DNA from: Octopus bimaculoides
Lineage: Eukaryota
Reading direction: 5' to 3'
DNA length: 64,000 nt
Assembly: GCF_001194135.2 (NCBI RefSeq)
Contig: NC_068982.1
Location: forward strand, 142,457,651-142,521,650
The notes beneath the pieces were generated by a model, which was not told the origin of the DNA, did no database searches, and worked only from the letters and a program-made list of their open reading frames with translations. This document shows, in pieces, positions 26,421-39,795 of the stretch (the first letter of the stretch is position 1; each line of letters opens with the position of its first letter). A program made the position numbers and the translations under genes.

Positions 26421-26560
26421 CAGAGTCCATCTGATGGATTGTCAAACTAGCTGTAATATTAAGGCGTGGATCAGCCAGGGCAATGGTAAATATTGTTTGA
26501 CGTAAAAGTTAACTATTTAGTCACAAATACATTTACACCCACGCAGACACCCACGCACCC

Positions 26561-26595
<35 letters not shown>

Positions 26596-27974
26596 NNNNN
26601 NNNNNNNNNNNNNNNNNNNNNNNNNNNNNNNNNNNNNNNNNNNNNNNNNNNNNNNNNNNNNNNNNNNNNNNNNNNNNNNNNNNTATAGTTTTAGGGAAAA
26701 TAACCAATTTTCAAGAACTCATCGATGAAAATCCACTATCACATATAGAAAAATTAATAATTAAAAGCACAATAAATGAGTATAATATAAAGTAAATATC
26801 ATAAGATAAATATAATAAAAAGATTACACGTGTTTCATAACCAATTTTCAAATAGAAAAGAAATTTAAATCGATTAAAATCAATTGAAATTATCGAAAAT
26901 AAGTTCTATTCAAAAATATAGCTACTCGTCAAAAGAAAATGCCAAAAGAAAATCGGAGAACAAAATATGTTCAATAGTTGATTGTAATTCGGATATACAT
27001 CAATTTACATGGAGTTCTAAGCATCGGTTAACCATTATGCTCTCTCATTCGAAATAATAATTTTCGTGCACACACAGACGCACATACAAACAAAAGACTC
27101 ACCCCCCCCCCCCNNNNNNNNNNNNNNNNNNNNNNNNNNACACACACACACGCACGCATGTATATGTATATGTATGCATCTATATACAGTGTTTTTATAA
27201 TCTAATACTTACGTTCAACTGATTACATAAACAACTTGGTTAGAGAATAACTTCAAACACGTATTTAATGCATTCGTATTAAATACAATCGGAATATCAA
27301 TAATTCGTTTTGTAATGATTTTCTTAGTATATATATGATTCATGTTAATAGTAATCTAGTTTATCCCTCATTGAATAATGATGTAATAACACAAGGCCAA
27401 AATAGGAGAGGACTGTTTAGTCGGACGCTCTGTTAGAAATATCTGATAAACTGATAAAGTATACTGCATTAAGGCGTACTATGATATATGTATATATATA
27501 TATACATTTCGCCATGATAGATCGCAAGTCACTAAACCCTTTTTCTATTTTCTCTCCCTGTTTATTTCTGTGTTCCTTTGCGTGGAAGAGCGTAGGCTTG
27601 AAATGCAAGACTTTCTCACTTCCCGAGCATTAAACTAATCCATTTGTTTATTGTTTACACACCCGTCTTCATCTTTTGATTGTTTGTAAATTCTCACTAT
27701 ATATATATATATATGTTCTGACTGTCAGAACAACATTGACTGAATAAATCCCGAAGAATATGTGAAGTATATAGTATTTATTACAAATCTGTTAAAGACG
27801 TCTTGAAGTTCTGCTACTGCTGTGATATTCGAATAGTCTAAATGAGACCTCAAAGGTAATGTAATCTGATATATAATACTTGATCGAAGTATCGCTAACG
27901 TATTCAAGAGCGAAGGGATGTGTTTATATATGTAGATATACATTTGTGCGTAAGCATTCATGTATGTGTCTGTT

Positions 27975-27975
<1 letters not shown>

Positions 27976-28062
<87 letters not shown>
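27976..28062. repeat. (GA)n microsatellite
   Basis: Direct reading of the sequence. Confidence 0.97.
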
Positions 28063-28065
<3 letters not shown>

Positions 28066-30334
28066 GGAAAAATAGAGTGACGTCGTAGAAAATATGAATT
28101 CTTATCGAATAGTACTTACACAGAAATAGTGCAGGCACAGACACATATGTATGTGTATGTGTTTCAGATTTTACATACGTATTTCATTCGTCGCTTTAAA
28201 TATGTTCTTATTTCACTTCAACACACACACACACACGCACAAACGCACACACACACAGATGTCTCCACATACATTCATATATATGAACACTACCAAGTTT
28301 ACATCCGTATTATATTTCCATATATTTTATACATGATGTACGAGATTTTTCCCCATTTAAAAAAAAAAAATAATAATAGTAATTTTCTTCCTTTCATATT
28401 TTACGACTAAATACGTCTATCAATTGCCCCAACACAACCACATACATACACACATACACGCACACATACACACACACACTTTGTTATATACTTTCCCGCA
28501 TATCTTATCCTCCATTAGAATTTCGTGACAAATTGAAGTGCATTTATAATCCATTGTTACGTAATTGTAGCGATGTCCATTCCATTTGCTATAAAATGAA
28601 AGTTTCAAACCTCGACGTAAATGCAATGAGAATACTTTGAAGAGTATTATTATAGGAACATTTCCCACGGCCATTTTTAACGTTTCTTCTCCTTATTTCA
28701 AAACCTGTTGTTCGGATACTTCTTTTTTCTGCGTTCTCTTTTTTTATATATATAGCTTTAGTAGTCTGTGTCAACTCTACCACTGTTTGATGTAATTTAC
28801 TGCTTCCATTTTAAATTATATTTTCATTTTTTTCATCTCTTATTCCTATTTCCTATCTTTTCTTTTCTTCTGCTTTCGTTTGCTTTCAATATCTTTCTTC
28901 TCTTTCATATTTCTTTCCTTCCCCCTTTATCTCTTTTTCCGTTTGCTTGCCTAGTTTTCTGCCTCTGTCTTATTTATCATCCTTGTCATCATCCTTATCT
29001 TCACCGTCGTCGTCGTCCACATCGTGATTGTTAGCTTCGTCGTCGTTGTCATCGTCATCATCATTATCATTCTCAGAACTTTCTATTGCGTTCTTACTTA
29101 TTAACAGTCTGTTTTTTTTTGTTTGTTATTAATGAACCATTAAGGTTGTTTCGGGAATATGACATGGGCCTGCTTGTGATTTAACACCGAATGGATTGAA
29201 CCTTTAGCTTAACTTTCTCCGTTTTTATTGACCATTCTCCAAATTTCTTACAAAGCAATAAACCGTCAACCTTTTAGTGGGGCTGTTCTAGACTACACAT
29301 TTGTTTATGCTCATTCTATACTTTCAGCTACGTCCGCTGAAAAGAGTTGAAGTCAGTGGCATTCATATATGCTTCATATAGATGCGAACTATGTGCTAAA
29401 AGCTAACTCATAAAATAAACGGAAATCCACATCGTAATGTTACCTTTAGTGTATGGCTTTGCTAATATTAGCAAAAGCTGCCTATTATATGCGTCAGTTA
29501 TATTGCTGACTCTCGTACGCGTGGGTCTCCTTAGATGATACGTTACAATTCTCTGGATGCCTACAATCAACACTGATATTGCTATTCTGAAGAGCTGCAG
29601 AGTTCAATAGCCCAGCATTTGGTTGGCCCATTTACCCATGTTTGTGACATTCACGAAAATTCCTTACTTAACTTAAAGGTCTGTAGGTACGTGACACTTC
29701 GTTATGCAAACACATACTATGAATATACTAAATATTTTTATAAGTCGGTAACACGTCCCACTACGTCAACAGTGCTTCCTACATTATTTTTAAGGTCGTT
29801 TGCTACAAATATTCTATAGAAGTTTTTATGGAATATTTATAGAAACAACCTTAAAAATAATTACTGAGGTACGTTTAGGACATATTAAACAAAAACAATT
29901 TCCTTAGATCAAAATTAACCCAGAGTGGTCATTGCATAGTTATGTACAACAGAAGAATACAGGTATATCAAATACCAGATAATATAAAATTAAATCTTAA
30001 CTGATTAACATTATCACCTCCTATAGAAGATATGATACAATTACCAACTGACAATTGAGAATAGTTCGAAGGCTCGAGGATTTATCCAAAGATCGTGTAC
30101 CATTAAGAAAATGGGGTGGTTTATTTTCTGGAAATACTGAAGACAGTCGTAGACACGATTCTTTGCCTCGTTTACAGCATATTGTTACAACAAAGTTTCT
30201 AATCATACACAACCAGCAAATACAATTATATCGAATTAACGCTTTCTACATAAAATAGACATACAGCAACATCGTGTTTTATATCATGCGAATGTATTTG
30301 TATCATTGCATTCTATATATTTTACAGAATCTTC

Positions 30335-30384
<50 letters not shown>

Positions 30385-32446
30385 ACACACGAACATATGT
30401 ATATACGCACATACATACAGGCATACATGCATGCATACATAATATAGATGTGAGAACATTTTGCAAACAAGCTTAGAGGGATAGAGTGAGTCGGTATTCT
30501 AGAAAATATAAAGGAATTATCGAACGTAAGGTGGCTAAGGAGGCTCGCTGGCCAGTTTCTTTCCGATGGGTATTTATCCGCTTTCGTAATCTGTCTTCAC
30601 AGCCATCCAGTATTTGAGAATTCTTTTATTTCATATATATATGTGTGTGTGTGTGTGTGTGTTTGTGTGTGTGTTTATGTGTGTGTGTATGCATGTGTGT
30701 GCGTGCGTGCGTGTATTATATATGCATATATATACCTATATATTTATGTATACATGTATACATATATATATNNNNNNNNNNNNNNNNNNNNNNNNNNNNN
30801 NNNNNNNNNNNNNNNNNNNNNNNNNNNNNNNNNNNNNNNNNNNNNNNNNNNNNNNNNNNNNNNNNNNNNNNNNNNNNNNNNNNNNNNNNNNNNNNNNNNN
30901 NNNNNNNNNNNNNNNNNNNNNNNNNNNNNNNNNNNNNNNNNNNNNNNNNNNNNNNNNNNNNNNNNNNNNNNNNNNNNNNNNNNNNNNNNNNNNNNNNNNN
31001 NNNNNNNNNNNNNNNNNNNNNNNNNNNNNNNNNNNNNNNNNNNNNNNNNNNNNNNNNNNNNNNNNNNNNNNNNNNNNNNNNNNNNNNNNNNNNNNNNNNN
31101 NNNNNNNNNNNNNNNNNNNNNNNNNNNNNNNNNNNNNNNNNNNNNNNNNNNNNNNNNNNNNNNNNNNNNNNNNNNNNNNNNNNNNNNNNNNNNNNNNNNN
31201 NNNNNNNNNNNNNNNNNNNNNNNNNNNNNNNNNNNNNNNNNNNNNNNNNNNNNNNNNNNNNNNNNNNNNNNNNNNNNNNNNNNNNNNNNNNNNNNNNNNN
31301 NNNNNNNNNNNNNNNNNNNNNNNNNNNNNNNNNNNNNNNNNNNNNNNNNNNNNNNNNNNNNNNNNNNNNNNNNNNNNNNNNNNNNNNNNNNNNNNNNNNN
31401 NNNNNNNNNNNNNNNNNNNNNNNNNNNNNNNNNNNNNNNNNNNNNNNNNNNNNNNNNNNNNNNNNNNNNNNNNNNNNNNNNNNNNNNNNNNNNNNNNNTA
31501 TATATATATATATATGTATATCACGTTTACATGTGTTCCAAAGATTGTTTATTCGTAACAAAATTCAGTCATCGTCTTAAATATAATTAGAAGAGAAAGT
31601 TAGCAATCGAAATGAAAAAAATTCTAAGTGTGAAAATATAACGATTGATGTTGCGATTTACTTTTTGCATGAAAATTTAAGTATATAACACACACCTCAG
31701 ATTTTACTCTCACGCAAATCATTGCAATAAAAGAACAGATATATTTATTCATTCATTTATTTATTTTTTTGTTTTAAATATCGTAATGTCAATTTCCGGG
31801 GGCATTCTTACAAAGGTTAACATATTTTAGTTCTTTGCCAAAAATGACGGTGGGGGAAATCTTATTAATATTTTGATTACTTGAAATCAATACTGTCCAT
31901 GGATGTAAGAAGAGATACATCGAGTTTGACCTGTGAGGTCTAAGTAATTATTGAGATGTAATAAACGTTTAGTCGAAGTTTACTTTTAACTGAAACCTAT
32001 GTTTGGGCGTAAAGTCGGAAAGAAGCCAGTAATTGAAGATACAGGACAGAAAAATCAATAACTTATCTTATTGGACAGATGGAAGGCTTTATTGGTGGTC
32101 AGGCTATACCGGATATCTGGGGGAAAGGTGATAGAGGACAATCTAGAAAAGGGAAAGATGAAATGAAATACGTACTGAGAGAGATTTTGACTGATAACGG
32201 TCTGTGAAACTTCATTGAACCTATCAACTCTGTACGATGTGTAAATCAAACAATATTCGTTTTCTCAAGTGATCCAATATCTCCGGTGTTCGTAATAACG
32301 TTGCTTTCATTTTACCGGCGGAAACATCAACATGTGAACTTTCCTTGACAACGTCTAAGGGCTTATCTCCAAAACCTAAAGGGTATATGAATATTTGCCA
32401 ATACGTTTATACAGACAAATCTTCAATATGAATTATTTCAAGTTGT

Positions 32447-33231
32447 AATACTTTCTCAGGATTTTGATAATAACATTTCATCTTAACATTTCACATTTGA
32501 CATGAATTTTTCTCTTTCGAAATCGCATGAGATTAAAATTTAACGGTTTGGTGTACGTAGCAAAGGGGATAAGTGTAAATGTGTAAGTCATGTAGCAACA
32601 GAACATTTGAAACCAATGAGAAATCACTTTGAAATGTATCATAACAGCCATTAAAGATCAGAAATGCGTTATGACTTTAATGTAGTGAAGTATCTAAGTA
32701 AGTATGAGTGAGGAGTGAAAATCTTTGTCACATCACAGTGCAGTTTTCGGTTCAAAACCATTGCGTGGTACCGTGGATGTGTGTTTTGAAGTAAAAGACT
32801 TAGTCAGTTGTCTTCTTTAACATTAGCTCCTAGCTTACATTGACTTCAGTGAGAACCATTGACTTGTAGGCTCTACTCATCCCCACCCCATCTTCATTCT
32901 GATGATCACACCCAATTTCTTCACTAGTCACGGAAAAACATTAAATACTTTCTCAGGATTTGATAATAACATTTCATCTTAACATTTCACATTTGGCATG
33001 AATTTTTCTCTTTCGAAATTGCACGAGATTAAAATTTAATACATAGCAAAGGGGTTAAGTGTAAACGTGCAAGTCATGTAGCAATAAAATATTTGAAACC
33101 AATGAGAAATGGCTTTGAAATGTATCATAACAACCATTAGAGATCGGAAAGGCATTGTGACTTTAACGTAGTGAAGCATCTAGGTAAGAGTGGATGGGAA
33201 GTGGAATACTTTGCCATATAATTGTGCAGTT
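32447..33231. repeat. Two ~290-bp direct repeats, offset 497 bp
   Basis: Copies 32447-32746 and 32944-33231 share long exact runs (gataataacatttcatcttaacatttcacattt; tttgaaaccaatgagaaat; ctttgaaatgtatcataaca). Confidence 0.93.
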
Positions 33232-33585
33232 AAAGGCACCATGGAATTTGTCTTTCCATTTGTAACTAAACCGTTTATATAATCTGTCCGCTCCCAAATT
33301 AACTATAAGAAATAAACCGAAGCTACGACACTCACTCGGAAAACAGGATCACAGTACTGTGCTTGTTGGCATATCAATAGAACGTTTTTAGGTTCCTTTT
33401 GATTTGTTTAATTATCCAGCTCCATGGTTGTCGGTGTAAGTTTTCAGGCTGATCTGCAGATGATAATTTTGCAACTCGAGATTTCTAATTGCTGTTGAAT
33501 GCGGTGATAGTATTTTAATTAAGTTTTTTTATTCTCGTGATGCGTGTTTTTTTTCTCCCCCACCCTCTCTCTGTCTGTCTGTCTG

Positions 33586-33664
<79 letters not shown>

Positions 33665-33666
<2 letters not shown>

Positions 33667-34025
33667 AGAGCCTATTTCTACTAGTACTTGTGAGTTTTGT
33701 AGGAGCAAGTTTTCAGCGTGTATTAGTGACCATGTTCTCAAAACGCCGTCACCTGTTTCAGTATCAGATGACGAGCAAAGGATCAGTCGATAAGTTACAG
33801 ATCGTTTCTTATAGCTTCTCAGTCTGCATTGAGAGAATTGGTGATGTCGAACAGGGGACTGGTTTGGCTTTAGCATGCCAGAAACTAAGGTTGCAAAGTA
33901 CTCTGTTGTGGACTGAGGGAATAGTTTTTCAACTGAAATGCTATTGAAAGAACTAGAGTGGTTTGTTGTTATCAGGTCCAAGGCAGGTTTGTCTTGACTT
34001 CTTGGCTCCAACAATGCTTGCATTG
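33665..34025 (-). mobile_element. Possible LINE AP-endonuclease C-terminal relic
   Basis: ORF 33631-34023 contains ALDLITTNHSSSFNSISVE, resembling the LDLxxTN motif near the end of CR1/L2 APE domains. Weak match. Confidence 0.3.
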
Positions 34026-34164
34026 TTCTAACGGCTATGTTTTTGTGTTCTGTTGTTTAGTGGCAGCACTGGAGATAAGTACGGTACATACATTTTGTAT
34101 TACAAGTCCGTAAAATGATCGAGGCTGCTCATCAAACATCGACGAATTTCGTAGACCTAAATCT

Positions 34165-34335
34165 AATAAAAATCCTTTCTACTATAAACATGTTTTAGTC
34201 GATTACGGAGGCTCAACTGGTGCTTATTTCATCGACTATGACAGAATGAAAGGCAACGTCATATTCGGTAGAATTTGAGTAATAGAACGAAAAAACGGAC
34301 GAAATGCTGGTGAGTATTTTATCCGGTACATTAAC

Positions 34336-34337
<2 letters not shown>
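34165..34337 (-). mobile_element. SINE family C copy
   Basis: Reverse complement reads cgttaatgtaccgg...gcatttcgtccg...ctcaaattc...gcctttcattc...gtcgatgaaataagcaccagttgagc...tagtagaaaggatt. Confidence 0.75.
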
Positions 34338-34392
<55 letters not shown>

Positions 34393-36440
34393 GCTCCTGC
34401 TCTGCGAAACTTTTTATCTGTAAGTATGAGATCATGGAGAACCACACTGACGTTGAACAATGACAATGAATCTCTAAATGCTGGAGATGTAAGAATTTCA
34501 TGTGGCAATTTCCAGGGTGACTCACCATCACCACTCCGCTTCTGTCTAGCCTTAATGCCTCTCTAAAAATTACTCAATGATGCACAGCATGGTTATAAAA
34601 TATTTGATAAAAATATAAATCATCTCATTTACCTGGATGATTTAAAGCTTTTTGCAAAGAATGACCGACAACTCAAACGCCTACTAGCGACTGTTAAACA
34701 ATTCAGTGATGACATCAGGATGAGATTTGGCCTTGATAAATGTGCAAAAGCTACCTTTNNNNNNNNNNNNNNNNNNNNNNNNNNNNNNNNNNNNNNNNNN
34801 NNNNNNNNNNNNNNNNNNNNNNNTATCAAAGGAAAAATGACAAAAACATCTAATGTGAACCTTGACCAGCAAAATGTCATAAAAGAGTTAGAACCAGCAG
34901 AGAGCTACAAATACCTAGGGGTAATTGAAGGGGACAATATCAAGCATTCAGTGATGAGAGAAAGGATCAGAAGAGAATGTTATCGCAGGGTGAGAGCAAT
35001 ACTGAAGACAGAGCTAAACGCAAGAAACAGAATCGAAGCGATCAATGCTCTAGCCATACCAGTCGTGACTTACAGTTTCAATATCGTTAACTGGTCAATT
35101 ACTGAAATATGTAATGTTGACAGAAAAATACGAAAACTGTTGACAATGCATAGAATGCACCACTCTAAGGCAGGTATAGAACGTCTTTATCTGCCAAGAA
35201 AAGAGGGAGGCCGTGGACCTCTACAGCTGGCATTAAGAATTAAGGTAGCCACAATTGGCCTAGACACCTATCTGAAAAACTCTGAGGACTGGATGCTAAA
35301 ACTTGTCTCAAAACATGAAAGCAAGAAAGCATCTTACTCAGGGTCAAAACAGGCAAAGGAACATCTAAGTGAATTCCAATTACAACAAATTCAAGAATTA
35401 GACGAACTAGAAACACCCGCAGAAAAAGCTAAGCGCTTGAAAACACGTGCTAAAATTGCTGCCTTAGATATTATGACCGATAAATGGCATGGAAAACCTC
35501 TCAATGGCAAATACCCAGAGAGAGCGAATAATGCAGATATTGACAAAGCCCTTACCCATCAATGGCTAATGGCCTCTGGCTTGAAATCAGAAAGAGAGGG
35601 GTTATCATAGCAGCCCAAGATCAATGCCTACCTAGAAAGAACTACCAGGCCAACATATTAAAGAACGGCAGTTCCCCATTTTGTCGTATATGCCAACAAC
35701 AAAATGAGGCCATCGGTCATGTTGTCTCCATGTGCAGTCTGCTTGCGCCTACAGAGTATCTCAACAGGCATGATAGAGCTGCACAATATATTCACTGAGC
35801 AATTTGCAAAAACCTGGACTTGCCCAATAATAAAAACTGGTGGGAACACAAACCACCCCCAGTACTTGAAAATGATCACATCGCACTCCTCTGGAACTTC
35901 ATCATTCAAACTGACAGAAAGATAGACGCAAATAGGCCAGACATCATACTGAAAGACTTCAGACAAAAATCATGCCTCCTCATTGATATGACTGTCCCAA
36001 TCGATATAAACGTATCTGTCAAGACCTACCAAAAACTGAGCAAATATAAAGATCTTGAAATAGAAATTAGCAAATTGTGGAATCGGAAGACGAAAACAAT
36101 ACCTATTGTCATAGGTGCCCTGGGAATGACAGCGAAACGGGCTGATTACTACCTAGCTCAGATAACCAGGAAACCCCAAAATGGCTGTAGTTCAAAAGAT
36201 AGTGCTCATGGGAACTGCCCATATCCTACGTAAAATACTGTCTATGTGATCTCAAATTTTAAAACAAACACATAATCTTCTTATGGTTTCTTAAACATTC
36301 ACTAGAACAACACTTCACAAATCCAAATATACGGTGCCCTAGGCATAACACCTACATGAACTAACTTGTTGTCTCTTGAGGTCTCTGTGTGAGACTTGGA
36401 TCCAACATGTACAAATGCAAAGCAAAAGTCAAACATAAAA
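34393..36440 (+). mobile_element. 5'-truncated R4/Dong-clade non-LTR retrotransposon (RT, CCHC zinc knuckle, RLE, 3' UTR) in (TAA)n
   Basis: Motifs: GNFQGDSPSPL; HLIYLDDLKLF at ~34621-34650; FGLDKC; YKYLG; RKEGGRG; CRICQQQNEAIGHVVSMC (CX2CX8HX4C, 35682-35733); NRPDI...IDMTVP...KLSKY; PIVIGALG. One in-frame stop at 34564 and at least three frameshifts. Flanked by (TAA)~18 at 34338-34392 and TAATAATAA at 36441-36449. Confidence 0.95.
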
Positions 36441-36450
36441 TAATAATAAA

Positions 36451-36853
36451 TGCCCTGATGTAGTACCAGGCAGTGGCTCTCATGGTTTCTGATCTTAATT
36501 GATTGGAAGTGTTATCATGTACATTGTTTTGTCTTGGTGTAAAAAGATGGGCTACAACAAATATTCTTCTCAATACCACAGATTTGCTTGTCATTTGTTT
36601 GACCTTAACCAGTTGAGCATGTCCCTTGGTGGCTGACGATATGTGTATCTCTGATCATGAGAAGAATTAGTGGGGGAACATCATAGCCATGTGCTGAGAC
36701 GAATTCTTTGATGTTTGAATAATTCACCTTTGGAAACATAGGTGCTTTGCTCAACATCCTTAAACAAACCTTATTTAGGGACCTTTTGAGCAGAATGGGC
36801 TACTCGAGCTGAAGAAAATTCTAACTGGGTTCCACCTGCAAGGTCATGCGCTG
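36451..36853 (-). mobile_element. Unclassified non-coding interspersed element, copy 3 (one end replaced)
   Basis: Starts tgccctgatgtagtaccaggcagtggctctcatgg right after TAA; runs into an R4/Dong fragment at aaggtcatgcgctg. Confidence 0.9.
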
Positions 36854-36955
36854 TAGTTATAGGTGCATTGGGAACTATCCCTAAATATTAGAGCAGAGGG
36901 AGAGAGAAAAGTGTTATTAGGGACAGCTACCGTACTTAAGAGGGTTCTGATGTTA
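36850..36955 (+). mobile_element. R4/Dong-type ORF C-terminal fragment
   Basis: Translates as AVVIGALGTIPK and KVLLGTATVLKRVL, the conserved end of R4/Dong ORFs. Confidence 0.7.
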
Positions 36956-37073
36956 GGAATTTTTCGTTTCTATGTATAATCTCTTGCGTGTATATGAATG
37001 ATAATGTTATTAATAATAACAATAATAATAATGATATCAACGACAATAACAGCAACAATAATAATAACAAAAA

Positions 37074-37165
37074 ACATCAGAACTTACAAATATATGTAAC
37101 ATACAGAAAATTGCACTACTGGGCACTGCACACATCCTACGCAAAACACTTTCAAAATAAAACTA

Positions 37166-37168
<3 letters not shown>
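37074..37168 (+). mobile_element. R4/Dong-type extreme 3' end between two (AAT)n arrays
   Basis: Translates as NIQKIALLGTAHILRKTLSK*, then a few nt and (AAT)n at 37169-37254. Confidence 0.8.
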
Positions 37169-37255
<87 letters not shown>

Positions 37256-38748
37256 GACAACAAAACATCAAGAAAATATGCCGACACATAATATTCAGTT
37301 ATTGAACCTACGCCCATTAGAGTGTAATCCCTTCAAGTTAAATTATTGTTAGTTGGCAGTATTGAATATCAACTAAGTGCAATAGTGGATTCATCGATAT
37401 CTATTTCTCGGCTGATTTCGTCACCGGAGGAACAGCACTGTCCATCATAAAGAACTGTTAGAATGGTGGAGAAAAATACATTCAGGTCAGATATCTGCCT
37501 GGAATAACTCGAATAATTGCAGTATTCATATATACATATAACATACACACATCCACTCATGTATATATGCATTTATATCTTTATATGAACACATACACTC
37601 ATACATACATGTGTGTGATTGTGTGAGTGTGCGTTTTTGTGTACTTTTGTGTGTGTGCATGTGTGTTTGCGTGTGTGATGAATGCTGGAGTTCGTATGTG
37701 TGTACAAGAGACGCTTCTACACGCTACCCGGTCTCCAATTATCTTTTACAACAGTTTAATCAACGGGGAACTTCAGAAAAAGTTACTCGATAAAAGTGAC
37801 GTGTAGTTCGATCACCCAACGAAGCCCGTTTACACGAATCGAACGCCTCCACTGCGTAGGATGTATGTCTTCCGGATGTATATATATGAATATCTGAAGT
37901 ATGCAATAATGGCTGCTTGTACGAGGTTGGTTTGCTCGCTAGAAATGCTAGCAAAATTCTTCCAGTACCACCAGTGTCTTGAAAATGAGAGGAAAATATT
38001 TTATAGCGTATGAATATCTGATATACAAAAAAGACGGGCTAAGATGCTTTGATCACATGTCCCTTCAATCGGGAGTTGATGTAGTGCTAAACAATAGCAG
38101 CAGTAAAAAGAATACAAATGCAAAACTGCCTTATTTGATGTACATCACTAACTTACGTCAATAGATTCCAGATAAGTACCGAATTGTAATTTTTGGTTGG
38201 AATCCAAAAATTTTTCTTCCGATAAGTTCTCATTTAAATTTGTGGAGAACATCTACTTGTTAACACTTTTATCTCTGTATATACATAACTAAAGAGCTGC
38301 TCTTGTCTTTGAGAAATTCTTACAGTCTTTGAATTTTAGTGCCAACTTATCAGCGTAGCGTTATCTAAAATCTTCTTATGAACAATTGTGCAGACGCGAC
38401 AAGAACATTTGAAGGAACAAAGTTGATTTTTCCTTTCTGAAGACCAAGTATCGATGTTCGGATTAATATTTATCGAAAAGACGTAGCCTTAGTAGCACAG
38501 AAACAAATTGAAATGTGAAGAGGGCGCTGCAACAGCAGAGAGGAGAGATAGGGGGAGTCGGGAGAGGGACAGATAGAGAGAGAGATAGAGAGAGAGATAG
38601 AAAAAGAATGCAGAGACACAAATGTATTTCCACAAACACATGTACACACATGCATGTATCTACGCATACATATATCTTCAAATGCACTCGTGTGTGTGTG
38701 TATGAATGTGTGCATGCGTGTGTGTGGTGTGCATGTGTGTATGTATGC

Positions 38749-38788
<40 letters not shown>

Positions 38789-38873
38789 NNNNNNNNNNTA
38801 TATATATGTTTTGCAAGATTTTTGATGTGAAATCGTGTGTTGAAACAGTTGTTGACCATCCCCAAGTACAACA

Positions 38874-38905
<32 letters not shown>

Positions 38906-38985
38906 ATGTGTGTGTGTATGTGTGTGTGTGTGTATAATGTATGCATGTATATGCATATATTCTAGAGCTCAATGACAATAATTAT

Positions 38986-39333
38986 CGTGGCACTCCGTCG
39001 GTTACGACGACGAGGGTTCCAGCTGATTCGATCAAACGAACCGCCAGCTAGTGAAATTAACGTGTAAGTGGCTGAAGACACCACAGATAGTGTACACTTA
39101 ACGTAGTTCTCGGGGAGATTCAGCATGACACAGTATTTGACATGGTTGGCCCTTTGAAAATACACGTACAACAGAAACAGGAAGAAAGAGTGAGAGAAGG
39201 TTGTGCAAAAGAGTACACTACCCCCTGCCGAAGCCTGGTGGTGTTTTCGCTCAATAAACACTCACAACATCAGGTCTAGGAAATCGAAACCGCGAGTGAG
39301 TTCGCTGCTCTAACCACTGGGCCATTACGCTTT
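38986..39333 (-). mobile_element. SINE family B, diverged full-length copy
   Basis: Colinear reverse complement of 10810-11190 (tggcccagtggttagagcagc; gtgtttattgagcgaaaacac; gacggagtgcc). Confidence 0.9.
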
Positions 39334-39367
39334 CACACAATAATTATAATAATAAATAGTAATAATA

Positions 39368-39700
39368 ATCATGATGATAAGGCAAAAATCCTCTGAGACT
39401 TTGATTTCCAGACAAACAAGTTGTTAGATCACTGCAGGCCAGATATCGTAACTTTTAGGAGGGACAAATAAGAGTGTCTAATAATCGACCCAGCAGTGCC
39501 AGGACATCAACATATAATGAAAGAAAATGAAAAGATCTATAAATATGGATAGCTGAGAATTGACATCGCCAAGATATGGCAGCTGCGAGATTCAAATATG
39601 AAGGTTGTCTCTATTGTCATCAGAGCATTGGGTTCATGCTATCCAACCGGAAAAAAAAAACATCTGGAAGCTTGAGAAAGACCCTAGAATCTAGGTATAT
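39368..39700 (+). mobile_element. R4/Dong-type RLE-domain fragment (different subfamily)
   Basis: Translates as KIL*DFDFQT..HCRPDIV..LIIDPAVP..ENEKIYKY..KVVSIVIRALG; (AAT)n on both sides. Confidence 0.85.
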
Positions 39701-39703
39701 TAC

Positions 39704-39747
<44 letters not shown>

Positions 39748-39750
39748 GTA

Positions 39751-39790
<40 letters not shown>

Positions 39791-39795
<5 letters not shown>

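Noticed and set aside
32070-32210. 44-codon stop-free stretch (MEGFIGG...DNGL) after a CAG
   Set aside because: No donor, no recognisable domain, and within chance length.
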